A stretch of DNA of 64,000 bases from Malacoraja senta (Eukaryota), in contig CM075977.1 in NCBI GenBank assembly GCA_038087875.1, positions 320,478,001 through 320,542,000 of the forward strand, given 5' to 3'. The notes below the pieces were generated by a model. It saw only the letters and a program-made list of their open reading frames with translations. It did no database searches and was not told where the DNA came from. Position numbers and translations under genes: made by a program. Below are positions 35,871 through 47,904 of the stretch, piece after piece. Positions within the stretch are counted from its first letter, which is position 1. Every line of letters begins with the position of its first letter.

Positions 35871-36965
35871 AAAACATGCAATGCTTAATTAAATCCTGGA
35901 ATCGGTATTGAACCCATAACTTCCTAATTTGAGGTATGAGTTTTATCCCCCAAATAAAACTGAAGCATTATGATACTCAAAACTCATGCAAAGAGCAGAC
36001 AAACAGATGCTACGTATCTCTGTGAACTGTAGTCAGCACTCTCAGTAAAGCCTTTTATTCAGAGAGCCATACACCACAGAAACAGGTCTTTCGGCCCAAC
36101 TCATCCATGCCGACCAAGATGTCCCATCCATAACTTTTCTATCCATAAGTATTTTAAGGGCTGATCATGGGTCAAATTATACAAGATCAAAAATGTCCCC
36201 CAATTTCCTTGTTTAATTGTAAATGGGTGCAATTTAACTTGATAAATGAAAATGCTCCCCAAAATAAAGAAATGGTGCAGGACTCTTGCTTTTTTATATG
36301 GTAAAAACATGTTTTCTACTGTTCTCCTGGAGTACCTCTCTCTGAGATCAATGCCATGTTCCATAATCCAAGAAACATTTGCACTCATTTAGGAACCATT
36401 ACATTATTCACCAATGTATGTGAGTAATTACATTTCAAAAGTGTTACATTTTCAGGGAATGTGTTGCATACTGATCAGTTCTAATTTCTACTTCTGTCTC
36501 CATGGCAGGATAGCTGGATGTTGGTAGGGAGGGAAAGTGGAGGCAAATTATAAACGCTCACTGGGGCAGATGAAAATAATGTGAAAAATGATCAAAAGTA
36601 CAGCTAGCTTGAAATGGAACAGTAATCCTTGTATTAAAAAGCAGTATTCATTGGTTATGATGGTAATGTTCTACAATTCTTTAGTTTTGGAGTTCCAGAG
36701 CTGAGCTCATGCCATCTTTCTCTTCCTTTTTGGCAGTCCCTCGGGAGCGAGGATGACTCACTTCCACAGTGACTTTGCAGCTTTTGAAATAGTGTAGAAG
36801 CTTGAATGAAAACTACAGAATCTTCCAAAGATGGTGGAGAAAGTATCTTGCAGGGCAGGCAGGATAAGTGTTTTATGAGATGGTGCAATCGTTCTCCACT
36901 TACACAGGGTATCGGTTTGCTTCGGATGTACAAACCCAAGGTTCTCTATACCACGTGGACACAAT

Positions 36966-37664
36966 GTACTGCAGATGCTGGGTTACAGAAAAAGACATAT
37001 AGTTCTGGAGTAACTACATGTGTAGGGTTGCCAACTTTCTCACTCCCAAATAAGAGACAAACGGTCAAAATAAGGGACAAATTCCCGATGGCAATTCGTT
37101 GACCGACTCGGCCATGGCTGGGTGAATGATGAGTTGGCCCGTGTGCGGGACTGCACACAAAGCCCAGCCAGCGTGCGAGCTGAGGAGTTTTGGCCCGGGC
37201 GCACGACATCGCGTGCAAAGTCTGGCACCCCATCCAACTCATGAACCGGTGATCAGCCATGAGAAGGAGGGGTGGTGTTGTTGGCGGTAATCGAAGGTCC
37301 AACACCACGGGGCCACGGGCGAGGCACTGCTGCTGCACTCCATGGGCTGCACTACGTCGGGACGGGTGAGGCGGGGGGCGCTCCGACCCGACAGTCCCCT
37401 CGACCAGTAGTAGCAGTCAAATACGGGACAAGGGCGGTCCCGTATGGGACAAACCAATTTAGCCCAATATACGGGATGTCCTGGCTAATACGGGACAGTT
37501 GGCAACCCTATTCACGGGTTAGGCAGCATCTATGGAGAACACAGAAAGGTACCATTTTGGGTCTGGACCTGAGTCTATAGAAGTGTCCTGATCTGAAACG
37601 TCACCATCCATGTTCATCAGAGATGCTGCATGACCCGTTGAGTTACTTAAGCACTTTGAGTCTT
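36966..37664. mobile_element. Penelope-derived palindromic element interrupted by a hAT MITE
   Basis: The left arm is split at 37022/37511; right arm ctgaaacgtcacc...gagttacttaagcactttg. Confidence 0.78.
37023..37510. mobile_element. hAT-type non-autonomous DNA transposon
   Basis: Terminal inverted repeats TAGGGTTGCCAACT/AGTTGGCAACCCTA, subterminal GGGAC repeats, GC/CpG-rich interior, degenerate 8-bp TSD (tacatgtg/ttcacggg). Confidence 0.82.
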
Positions 37665-37982
37665 GGTTTAGTTTAGTTTAGTTTAGAGATACAGCGTGGA
37701 AACAGTCCCTTCGGCCCACCGAGTCCACACCGACCAGTGATCCCCACACACATACACTATCCTACACACACTAGGGACAATTTACATTTATACCAAGTCA
37801 ATTAGCCTACAAACCTGTATATCTTTGGAGTGTGGGAGGTGACCAGAGCTCCCAAGAACACCCACATAGATCACGGGGAGAAGGTACAAACTCCATACAG
37901 ACAAGCACCCTCAGTCAGGATCAAACCCGGGTCTCTGGCACTGTAAGGCAGCAACTCTACCACTGTGCCACCATGCTGCCCA
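37665..37982 (-). mobile_element. HE1-type V-SINE, full length
   Basis: (GTTTA)n tail, V-domain and tRNA-like head. Confidence 0.9.
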
Positions 37983-38618
37983 TAATCCAGAGTCATTCAC
38001 AATACCATCCTTTCTGCACATTGAGCAGACAATAAGGTTCCCTGGGGCCATAAGTGATGTGTTACAATTTCTCAAAGCGACTTTGAGCACATTCTTGAAT
38101 CATTTTCTCTGTTCCAACAAATTCTCAATGATATCATACCTTCTTTTAGCTATAATCACAATTTCCAAGTGTCTTTCTACAGCAAACACCTGATCAACAT
38201 ATTAAAGGCACCAAAATATGTCATATTGATACAAGCAAAACAAATACAAGTATTAAAGAGGGCCAAAACTTCAGATTATATCCACAAGATTTAGGGGCCT
38301 GCAGAGAAGGATGGGAGCCCTCCTCCTTCACAGAGTATTGACCCAAGATTATCATAACCTTACAAATAGGAACAGGATAACAAAGGCAATGGGTGGGACA
38401 TTTCAAAGCTTGGTAGTCTCCACATCATAATGGGTATTATCTCGCATTAAGGAGGAAAGCAATAGCTAGCAGCATTCTTAGGTGGGGGAGGGAAAGTGTA
38501 TTGTGTTTGTAGCAGAGAGACATTGGTAAACTACACTGCCTGATTTTTTTGTTATTTTCATTATGAACTTATTCAATTAATGGCAGGGTAACAGAATGAA
38601 ATTTGATTAACCTTGCCA

Positions 38619-38746
38619 CAAGACATTTAGAGTTAAATACTATTTTGCATCTGCAGGGTTGGCAGTAATTTGATTAACCTTGTCAAATATATTTGCTGCA
38701 AGACATGTAGAGTAAAAAAACTATTTTGCATCTGCAGGCTATGGCA
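38619..38746. repeat. Local ~80-bp-period direct duplication
   Basis: caagacat(t/g)tagagt...ctattttgcatctgcagg...ggca occurs twice (38619 and 38699). Confidence 0.8.
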
Positions 38747-39308
38747 TACTTACGGCATAGTTCATGGAACATGCTGCTATGGATTGTTCCCTAAACTTGT
38801 TCTCTCCTTAGTTGAATGTGAAAGCACCTGGAAATCATCATTGGTGAAAAAACAATATAAACAAAGCTTTAAATTACAGAATGCTGAGATGGGCACAATT
38901 ACAGATTTGTCTTTCAAAAAAAATTATTCAACTTAAGAGCAAGGCCATTTTGAGAATAATTTCAACCAACCTTTTGCTTATAACAAAATGCCCTGGGAAA
39001 TTAGTTGAATTGAATAGAGTTAAATTGGCAGTTAAAGAAACGTTCCACAATGCTAGAGTAAACATTCTATTTTTCTCCATTTTTCCATTTCTTACCTTTT
39101 CTGAAATTGAGAAATCAAGACAAATTTGTCTGGTAACAGTATGCCTCGCACTTTATTTATTCTCCTCTAACGATCTAAGAGTATGGTGGATAGCAACATA
39201 TATATTTTTTAATTCCTCTGGCATGCTTATTTTTGAATTTTTTAGTGGCGTTGTGTAACCACTATGCCAAAGTCGGATATTTCCTACTTAAGAGGGAATG
39301 ATCTAGAA

Positions 39309-39525
39309 TGTAGAAACAAGGAACTACTGATGCTGGTTTAGACAAAAGGACACAAAGTGCTGAAGTAACTCAGCGGGTCAGGCAGCATCTCTGGATAGGT
39401 TCGGGTTGGGATCCTTCTTCAGACAGCTAGTCTGAAAAAAGGTTCCCATCCAAAACATCACCTATCCATGTTCTCCAGAGATGCTGCGTGGCTCGCTGAG
39501 TTACTCCAGCACTTTGTGCCCTTCA
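39309..39525. mobile_element. Penelope-derived palindromic element
   Basis: cttcttcagac-agcta-gtctgaaaaaagg centre with inverted arms; flanks gatctagaatg/gatttagtatg. Confidence 0.85.
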
Positions 39526-40162
39526 AGATTTAGTATGCTTTGTTAGATGGGTGAGATTATCTATATCTTTCTTGTTCGCCAAGGATCCTAGAATCTAGAA
39601 CAGTGTTTATTCCTAAACTACTGATATTACTTCCTGCCTATTTTAATCTGAGTATCATGGAGTATCATTAGGTTTTCCTATCACTTAATAATCTTGAAAA
39701 GGGCTCTAAGTAATGATGCAGCAAAAAAAGACTATTTCCACACACTCACACATTCTTTCTCTCTCTCCCCCCACACACTTCCTCACACATATACATACCC
39801 ACACACACAATAATGTAGAAATAGATTACAAATGTTTGGGAGAGTCACTACTCATCATTTTATTTCCTGTTTCTGTACTATGCAATATGTTGTAAATGTC
39901 TCATCCTTAGCCACAATATATTAAAGACCTCATAGATCATTTTCACTTTGAAGTTTACGAAGGTGGAACAAAATTGACAGGTGACTAGTTTAGATGGCGG
40001 TGAGGTCCTCGTGCCATTTACACAAGGTTTCTATGTCCTCAATGAAGTTCCCAATATTTCTTGAATGTACCTTCTCCACTTTAAGTGGTCAAAGTAGCGG
40101 ATGTTCTCAAGGATTGGTGGGGATGTTGCATTTCTTGCAGATTCGAGCACATGCTTGTATTT

Positions 40163-40272
40163 AAGACAGATATAAAATGCTGGAGTAACTCCACGGGACA
40201 GGCAGCATCTCTGGAGAGACGTTTCGGGTCGAGACGTTTGGTGTAAACCAGCATCTGCAGTTCTTTCCCTTA
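40163..40272. mobile_element. Penelope-derived short element, deleted
   Basis: gctggagtaactccacgggacaggcagcatctctggag; flanks acatgcttgtattt/acatccttgcattt. Confidence 0.8.
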
Positions 40273-40334
40273 CATCCTTGCATTTGCTTCTCTATCTGCT
40301 TTGTAATTTATTCTTATGACAACTTGGAATAGAG

Positions 40335-40620
40335 CATCTGTCCATGTTGGGAGTTTGTTGTTGGCCATGCCAACATTATGGCCTGCTAACATTGATGACT
40401 GAATGCATCCAGGGCCTCATTGGTGGGGATATTGACCTGGGGGAGGATGCTGACATTAATTTGCTAATGCGTTCAGTGAATTCAGGGGATTTTGTGGAGA
40501 CTGCGGTAGCCATAATTACCCACTGTCTTGTGCTGAAGGTGGTCCAGGTCTCAGAAGCACAGGAAAGGGTTACAATGCAGCTCAGTACTCCACCTGATTT
40601 GTTCTGGATCTGAGATCTTA
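40335..40620 (-). mobile_element. Ancient RTE/BovB-like fragment
   Basis: The minus strand encodes degenerate ASETWTT...NVSILPQVNIPTNEAL...AGH. Confidence 0.55.
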
Positions 40621-41722
40621 ATTTTTAAATATCCTTTTCCTCAATCAACAAAAGTGTGTGCTGGTGCATTGAAGGGGAAGGTGAATTTTATCGTCACTAA
40701 TAGGTAGAGATATGGGAAGTGGTCTATGTTTTACAGGTTTTCATTTAGAATTGGTAACGTAATGGTGGACAGCTTCAAATTCAAATTTATTTTATTTGTC
40801 CAGCACAGCAAGTGACTGGAAGATGCACTCCTTAACACCTTTGCAAATGACCTGACACACATTATCTTCATTTTCTAATCTTGTTCGTTCCACCGCGGGA
40901 AAGATATATGTCTTCATCACTCAATGCCTTCAGCAAAAAGTCAGTGTGGCAATCGATTTTCTAACTGACATGAAAACATTTAACCAGTATTTCCTGTCAA
41001 GCTTGTCAGTTTGATTCCCTGAAGTGGGAAACTGCACCTTATCAATCTTATGGTGAACACGCCTGCAAGGTAAGCAATTGTGAACACTATTCTAGACTAA
41101 CAAATGTACATACATTACTCAATTCAGCAAAGAAGATTACAAATACTGCTTGATTTTAATTTGTTTTAGCACACAGCAGCTATATTTCAACAGGGAACCT
41201 AGGACAAGTTCTTACTGTGTTGCGTAGGATAGAGGTGAATTGAATGTATTGCAGATACTTCATGGAAACAGTGAAATATTGTAATATGAGATCATGACCA
41301 CAGATGAGCTTTTAAGTCATTCTGACAGGAATTTGTTTCAGTCGGGTTTGTAGGATGTGGACACCAGTTTCACTATTGTGCAACCTTACAGATGAAATGC
41401 AAAGTGAAACTGCTTTCATTGTGCTTTCAGATCTTCTGCCGTACTGAAGCGTTTTAATTTGGATTGAGTCCAAACTAGATTTAGAAATTTAGAACAAAGG
41501 TTGGCTTACTTTGAAATTCATTAAGTGTTGTTGAAGGTGTTGTTTTCTGTGTGAGTTGGGAGAGAGAATTGTCAGCAGGAACTCATTGTCCAGTAGTTTC
41601 TGGCAAATATCCTACTTAATGGTTCTGTTTGTCAGGAACTTGCTGGATTCTTGCTAGTTTGCTCACCCAACTAGCTCTCTTCACTTTGCTCTCACGAGGT
41701 AGTGAGACTTCACCCTAGTGGT

Positions 41723-41872
41723 TGAAATGTGTAAGAAGGAACTGCAGATGCTGGTTTAAACCGAGACCCTTCTTCAGACTCTGAAGAAGGGTCTCGACCC
41801 GAAACGTCACCCATTCCTTCTCTCCAGAGATACTGCCTGTCCCGCTGAGTGACTCCAGCTTTTTGTGTCTAT
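41723..41872 (+). mobile_element. Penelope-derived element with 15-bp TSD and intact hammerhead
   Basis: cttcaccctagtggt at 41708-41722 and 41873-41887; internal hairpin cgagacccttcttcaga-c-tctgaagaagggtctcg. Confidence 0.9.
41781..41808 (+). ncRNA. Minimal type I hammerhead ribozyme core
   Basis: CTGAAGA-A-GGGTC-TC-GACCC-GAAA-CGTC. Confidence 0.75.
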
Positions 41873-41984
41873 CTTCACCCTAGTGGTCATTCAGTGTTCT
41901 AGACAGTAAGTGGTATTTAGATATTTGACTTGGTGAGCATCACAGAATGGCAGATTTAGCTCTGCTGTGATATCTGTTTGTTGA

Positions 41985-42113
41985 AGAAACAAAGAATTGC
42001 AGATGCTGGTTAATATACAAAAGGACACAGAGTGCTGGAGTAACTCAGCAGGTCAGGCAACATCGCTGGAGAACCTTGATAGGGGATGTTTCCGGTCAAG
42101 GCACTTCTTCAGT
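41985..42113 (-). mobile_element. Penelope-derived short element
   Basis: Same arm sequence ending in cttcttcag. Confidence 0.8.
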
Positions 42114-44256
42114 ATCCTTTTGTTCTTTATGCATGCACTGAATATTTGGTTCCCTAACTCAAGGTTGTGAGATACAAATGCTATCAACTCATCCCTCTCA
42201 CTGGATCATTGGGTTTAGCCAACTTGATCATAGATTAGACCAGAGTTCATCTTGCTCTGTATGAATGATTACCATTAGACCCACCAGAAGATTCTGCCTA
42301 TATAATTCACTCTGTGACTATTTTAAGAAATAACTTCAAGATGTCAAATCTTCTTTACTCCAAATTGTTTCTGACAATTTCTAAATTTCATAAAAATTCA
42401 TGGCACAAAAAGAGAAGGTTTGGTCCTTTATATCAAGGCTGTCTAAAAATGATGCCATCTAAACTGCTCTCTCTCCCCAGGTCTGGATCCATAGCCTAGC
42501 AGATTATTGATCTTCAACTGCTCGTTCAAGTGCATTTAAAAAATATTATTTGGCCTCCAGCACCTTACAGGCACAGTTTTTGTGCATAACTGAAATGACA
42601 ATGTATAGATTATTCAAGGTAAATAAAATGAATGACATGCTCCAGACATTGTATTGATATAGAACTAATGATTTTGCAATGGTGATTAATTGGCTTGCTG
42701 CCTCCAAAAGTCCCTTCACTGACTCTTTTCGGCACGCCTACCACCAGACCAGTGCTTCCACTACTCTTCTCCCCTTCCTTGTCTGATTAATTGGCAATGT
42801 TTGTTGTTTTCTGACATTAGCTTAACATGTAATTCAAAGAATTTAATCCATTGAAGTGAGAATCTATAATTAAATTGCAGCATTCCAAAAGGTGTTTATA
42901 AGGTTGCTATGTTGTACTGATATACATTGGCTTACATCCGTTAAACTGAATGTTCATATATCAACTTGGTTCTCCACAATGCACTTACTAATCGTAAATT
43001 ACAGTCAACAGGTCAGACGCTGAATAGATCTGGGTGAACACACTCTACACCATGATGGTGTGGTAATTTGGCATCAGAGACTTGAAAATGGCACAAAAAC
43101 ACAAGAAATACTTCCAGATAGTTTTTGTCAACAATATTAAAGATAGAAAGAGTGGAGCATGTCAGATAGTTTTATTGCTTGTTGTAATATTATGACTTTT
43201 GTTTACAGTGCATTGTTTATGGCAGTTAATTGGCTTAGCTTAGAGATTAATGGATTGCTGTAACTGAGCAATGAACTAAAAAAAAGATTACCACTTCTGA
43301 AAAGCTCACACTGCATCATTGTTTAAAACAAATACATTGCCGCTATTAACATGAGAAGAATACAGATGCTTTATCCAAATCAATGCAACATGTCATTGAA
43401 CCAAATTCTACTCTTGCTCTCCATGATGGTACTGACAAGAAATCTTTTTTAAAGGGGGCACTATCTACATTAAAAAAATGTTTGGCAAACCATTTTTTGT
43501 TTGTTGGCAAACACACACTGTGATTACATAAATATGTTGAAATGTACCATCATGTGATTTACATGGGCACCACTGTGCAAAAAGCTGTTTTTCCTCTCCA
43601 GACTGAAACTGACGCTGGCATTTTTCATGAAAGTATAGTAAATTAATCTTTATTGAAAGTTTTTTTTAGGGCTTATACCAATAAATTCAATCGCATTCAT
43701 TCCAGCCAAAGAATGAATTCCAAAATTTCATGTAATGTTATAAAATTCTAAAACAAGGTTTCTTAATACCACAGAACTTCAGAAAGTAGTACTGTTATTT
43801 ACATGTCCTATTACATTTCTACAAATTGATTCGGTTCACTTTTGCACTGATCACACTTCTCTTGATGTAAGCATACAGTTAAACAAGTAAGTAATTTGAC
43901 CCTGCATTTCCTTAATCGGTTATACCTTCTGGGAATTGCAAGGCATTGAGCAGTTATACACAGATATTTGTGATAGTCAATGTAGATTTTGTTTGATCCA
44001 TCTCAGCTGCAACAAGGGCAGAAATTGTGTAAATTGTTATTGACTGTCCACTGCCCCCACTCCCAACTCAAGGAAGCTTGTCAACAAGTGGTATTGCAGA
44101 TTATTTCTGCCAAAACATTTGATACGATCTCTCAATTGTAGCATTAGTCCTGATTGATCACGACTGTATTTTAAACAAAGGATAATAACATATAAAATAT
44201 TAACCTCGACATTTTACACTGCCTTTGACTTTGGGCTGGTTAGATATAATGTGTTT

Positions 44257-44532
44257 CTCTTTTTTTCTCTTTCTCTTTTCTTTTCTTAGGGCCTATTTCT
44301 TAACTCTTTTTCTTTTTGTTTTTAATTTCGCTCTTATAGGGTCTTCGTCCTTTTTTGTTGTTACATTTTCTACACTTTTCTACACTTGCACTTTTTCCTT
44401 CACTTTCTTCTCTCTTTCAATCTTTTCTTTTTCTCGTGTAAAAAAATAAATAAAGGGAGTACATTAATTGTAAGAAGATATAAATGACGAGTATTAATGT
44501 ATGTGGTTGTAATGTAATGTACTTCTAATAAA
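44257..44532 (+). mobile_element. 5'-truncated retro-insertion (L1-like T-rich 3' UTR) with 16-bp TSD
   Basis: tagatataatgtgttt at 44241-44256 and 44533-44548; the insert ends in AATAAA. Confidence 0.72.
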
Positions 44533-45369
44533 TAGATATAATGTGTTTTATAGGAACAACTAAAAATAGAAAATGGTAACATCAGAGACTCTCACACCTC
44601 AAACAGTCTGTCCTGCTGTACATTTCCTTCTTTAAAATAATCAATTAAATGTAGCTAAAATAATCAACCAGTTTTGCTACATTAAATGAAGTTGTTATTA
44701 CTGCTATATTGAAGGCACTTATTTTAATGTCAACAGCTCTTGCCCCTAAAGTAATGTGATTTCTGCTAATGACATTTCATCCTTCCTAGTTTCCCTTTCT
44801 GTTTTCCACTCAGCCAATTGTGAGCAATCAGGCATTACAGACAAAATCAACTTCATTGTACCAAAACAAAAGTTATCTCACGTTTCACTGGTTTTGGAGA
44901 GTACAACGAGAGAGACGAGCTAGGGGAATGTTGAAATTGTTTACCAAGGCTAATAGGACATGGAAGTGAGGTGAGGCAAGGAAGGAATTGAGCAGCATTC
45001 CAGAAATAAAAATAAGTGGTCTTATTTACACGGACATTACTGTAATATCTATCTTCAAACAAACAGAGGGTGACTAAATAACTCAGTGGATGTGGAGCAG
45101 AATTTGCTGTAAAGATTGAAGATTATGGTTTTAAAGTGATTTGGTCATAAGGAAAAGTTGGGCGTCAACACTTTTGGAATGAACTGACAGTGTGTTTGGA
45201 AGGTTTTGCCAAGGGACAGCGTGAGATAGATGAGAAACACTAGGGGTCCAAATGATGGATTGTTGTAAATCACCAGAAGTAACTATGAGGGCATAAAAGA
45301 GAATCTGTGGCAGCTAACAAATAAAAAAATAAAAAAATAAAATATTTTGTCTCGAGGTTAATCAAGCTG

Positions 45370-45470
45370 GAGATAGACACAAAATGCTGGAGTAACTCAG
45401 TGGGACACGCAGCATCTCTGGAGAGATGGAATGGGTGATGTTTTGGGTCGAGACCCTTCTTCAGACTGAC
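45370..45470 (-). mobile_element. Penelope-derived short element
   Basis: gggtgatgttttgggtcgagacccttcttcagact. Confidence 0.85.
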
Positions 45471-45974
45471 TTTTGTGGCTTTTGTGGAAGACCTCTCATG
45501 TTCCCAATGTATGATTTTGAATTGGGTCACAGATATGAGCTGAAAGGAGGCTGAGTTTCATGCCCTGTGAAAACTTTTTTTAAAGTATAAAACAACATAT
45601 TTCAAAACCTCTAAATGCATTTTCCCTTTAAATTGGGGAGCCCGTCTAAAATGCAATCTTTGAAGCAATTGAACACAATACAGAGATACAAATTTGAAAT
45701 GATTAGATTATGTGTTTACTAATTGACTTTGTTCATTTTAAAAGGTTATGAAACTTAAAAGGAACAAAGTCTGAGTAGATTGCTGGGAGTGCCTCGCTAA
45801 CATTTTCCATTCCCGATTTCAGCTGTAAAATTCAACATTTTATTACCTTGAATCCTTGAACATTGAAGCAATGGATAAAGGTCAAACTGAGCCTCATTTA
45901 CTCCTGTTCTGTTGACAACATTTTTTTTACAACATCCTAAATATAGCAATTAATTTTATGGAATTTGTGTGGTC

Positions 45975-46403
45975 TTTCAAGATTATATCATTAATTTGGA
46001 TGAGAACATACACAGCAAGATTAGCAAGTTTGCAGATGAAACAAAAGTTGGTGGTTTTCCAGATAGTGAAGATGGTTGTGAAAAATTGCATCAGCATCTT
46101 GATCAATTGGCCAAGTGGGATGAGGAATGGTTGAATTTAATGCAGAAAAATGTGAGCTGTTGCATTTTGGGAAGTCTAACATGGGCAGGACCTACACAGT
46201 GAATGGTAGGGCTCTGGGTAGTGTTGTAGAGCAAAGGGATCTAGGAGTGCAGGTGCATAGCACTTCGAAGGTGGAGTCACAGGTAGGTCGGGTGGTCAAA
46301 AGGCTATTGGCACATTGGCCTTAATCAGCCAGAGCATTGAGTATAGAAGTTGGGAGGTCATGTTGCAGTTGTATAAGATGTTGGTGAAGCCACATTTAGA
46401 GAA
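45975..46403 (+). mobile_element. CR1 RT fragment (5' part of a split copy)
   Basis: ISKFADETKVGG...LYKMLVKPHLE. Confidence 0.85.
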
Positions 46404-46911
46404 TTCTACTTGCTAGTCCGGTTAGCAAAGTGTAGGGAGCAATACTGAGATTCCAAAGGAAGTATGGCTGGTACAAATTTCATTTGTTCCTTGTTTTTGG
46501 CTATTTGTCTCATGCTAGAAACAGGCAGAACGTCAATCACACATGTAAACACTCTTAGGGCTGATGAAATTCTGCGTGCATTATGTTTCACAGAAGTTCT
46601 GTTCAATCTCAGAAGGCAGAATTTGAGTGCCACACTGAACTCATACCTCCTGTAACCACCCTTCCCTCATGGCTCACTTCATTCCCCCCAGTTTCTCTCA
46701 CATGTAACCATTGAAGTCTCCTACCTGCTGTACTCTTAAAATCGTTTCCATCACTGCATTAAATATCAAATCCCAAGCTCCTTCCTGCAAGCCTTCAGTG
46801 TTTGTTTATGGTTGGTGCCCATCCACATTAGTTTAATTGAGGCTCATTCATCAAAATCAATAAGACCTCCTGCTGGCAAGCTGCAGTGGGCAGAGTAATC
46901 TGAATCTCTGT

Positions 46912-47425
46912 TAGCATCATAGAGAATGGAATAAGACCCTGCAGCCCAACTCATCCATGCCGACCAAGAGCCCCATCTAAGCCAGTCCATTTGCCCACAT
47001 TTGGTTCGTCCCTCTAAACCTGTCTTATTCATGTGCCTGTCCAAGTGTATTTTAAATGTTGTTATTGTACCTCCCTCAACTATCTCCTCTACCAGCTCAT
47101 TCCATATACCCATCACACTCTGAGTGAAAATGTTGCCCTTCAGGCTCCTATTAAATGTTATCCTCTCACCTTAAACCTACAGTATGTACTCTGGTTTATG
47201 ATTCCCCTCCCCTAGGTAAAAAAACGATGTGCATTCACCCTATCGATTCCCCTCATGATTTGATACACCTCTAAAAGATTGTCCTTAGCCTCCTGCATAG
47301 CCTCCTGCATAGCTTGCCCAATCTCCCCCTATAGCTCAGGCCCTTGAATCCTGGCAACAGTCTTGTAAATCTTCTCTGCACTCATTGTAGCTTAATGGCA
47401 CCCATCCTATAGCAGGGTGGTCATT
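46912..47425 (-). mobile_element. CR1 3' fragment (3' part of a split copy)
   Basis: The minus strand starts at accaccctgctatagg and runs through the 3' UTR. Confidence 0.85.
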
Positions 47426-47904
47426 TTGTGCATAGATTTCTGAGTAACTTGTCCAAGAGACCAACCAAAATGTTGAAAGCCACATGCACATTTCGGACTC
47501 TGGACTGGTCAATAAAAAACACTATTTAATAAAAGTTGCTGATCCCATGGAACAAAAGAAATTCTGCACCTCTCAGATGCTACTGAAATTAGAAAAATGT
47601 GAAGTTCTTCACCAACAAATTTCTAATGAAGAGGGTTGACAAGAACCACTACATTGATTGATGCCTGTAATGCTGCCAAGTATACAGCAGTGATTAATGC
47701 ATATAGTATTACTACAGCTCCACAATGTATTGAATTTAACAAAAATAATTATAGTTCAAAGGGTTGAAAAATATGACATTTGGTTGCTTTCTCTCACTCA
47801 GCATCCATGGTATAACAAACTTTAATGATGCAATGATTCAATTTAAAGATACTTTATTAATGTTCTTGGAATTTCTGACAATAATTTGAGATATACCCAC
47901 AACA

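Larger units (their letters stand above)
35360..35950 (-). mobile_element. Ancient DeuSINE (SacSINE1/AmnSINE-like), interrupted
   Basis: Minus strand gaccaatgttcatccctcaataaatgcc...gctgtgtgcatatcagctgc...tgtgaaatgctttgggatg matches the Deu-domain and tail as I recall them. B-box head near 35900-35945. Confidence 0.6.

Noticed and set aside
36756-36860. Minus-strand peptide FYTISKAAKSLWK before a GTGAGT donor (FERM-like), and a strong plus-strand acceptor at 36736
   Set aside because: The match is only a few residues, the upstream sequence does not resemble FERM-C, and all plus frames close quickly. An exon cannot be supported.
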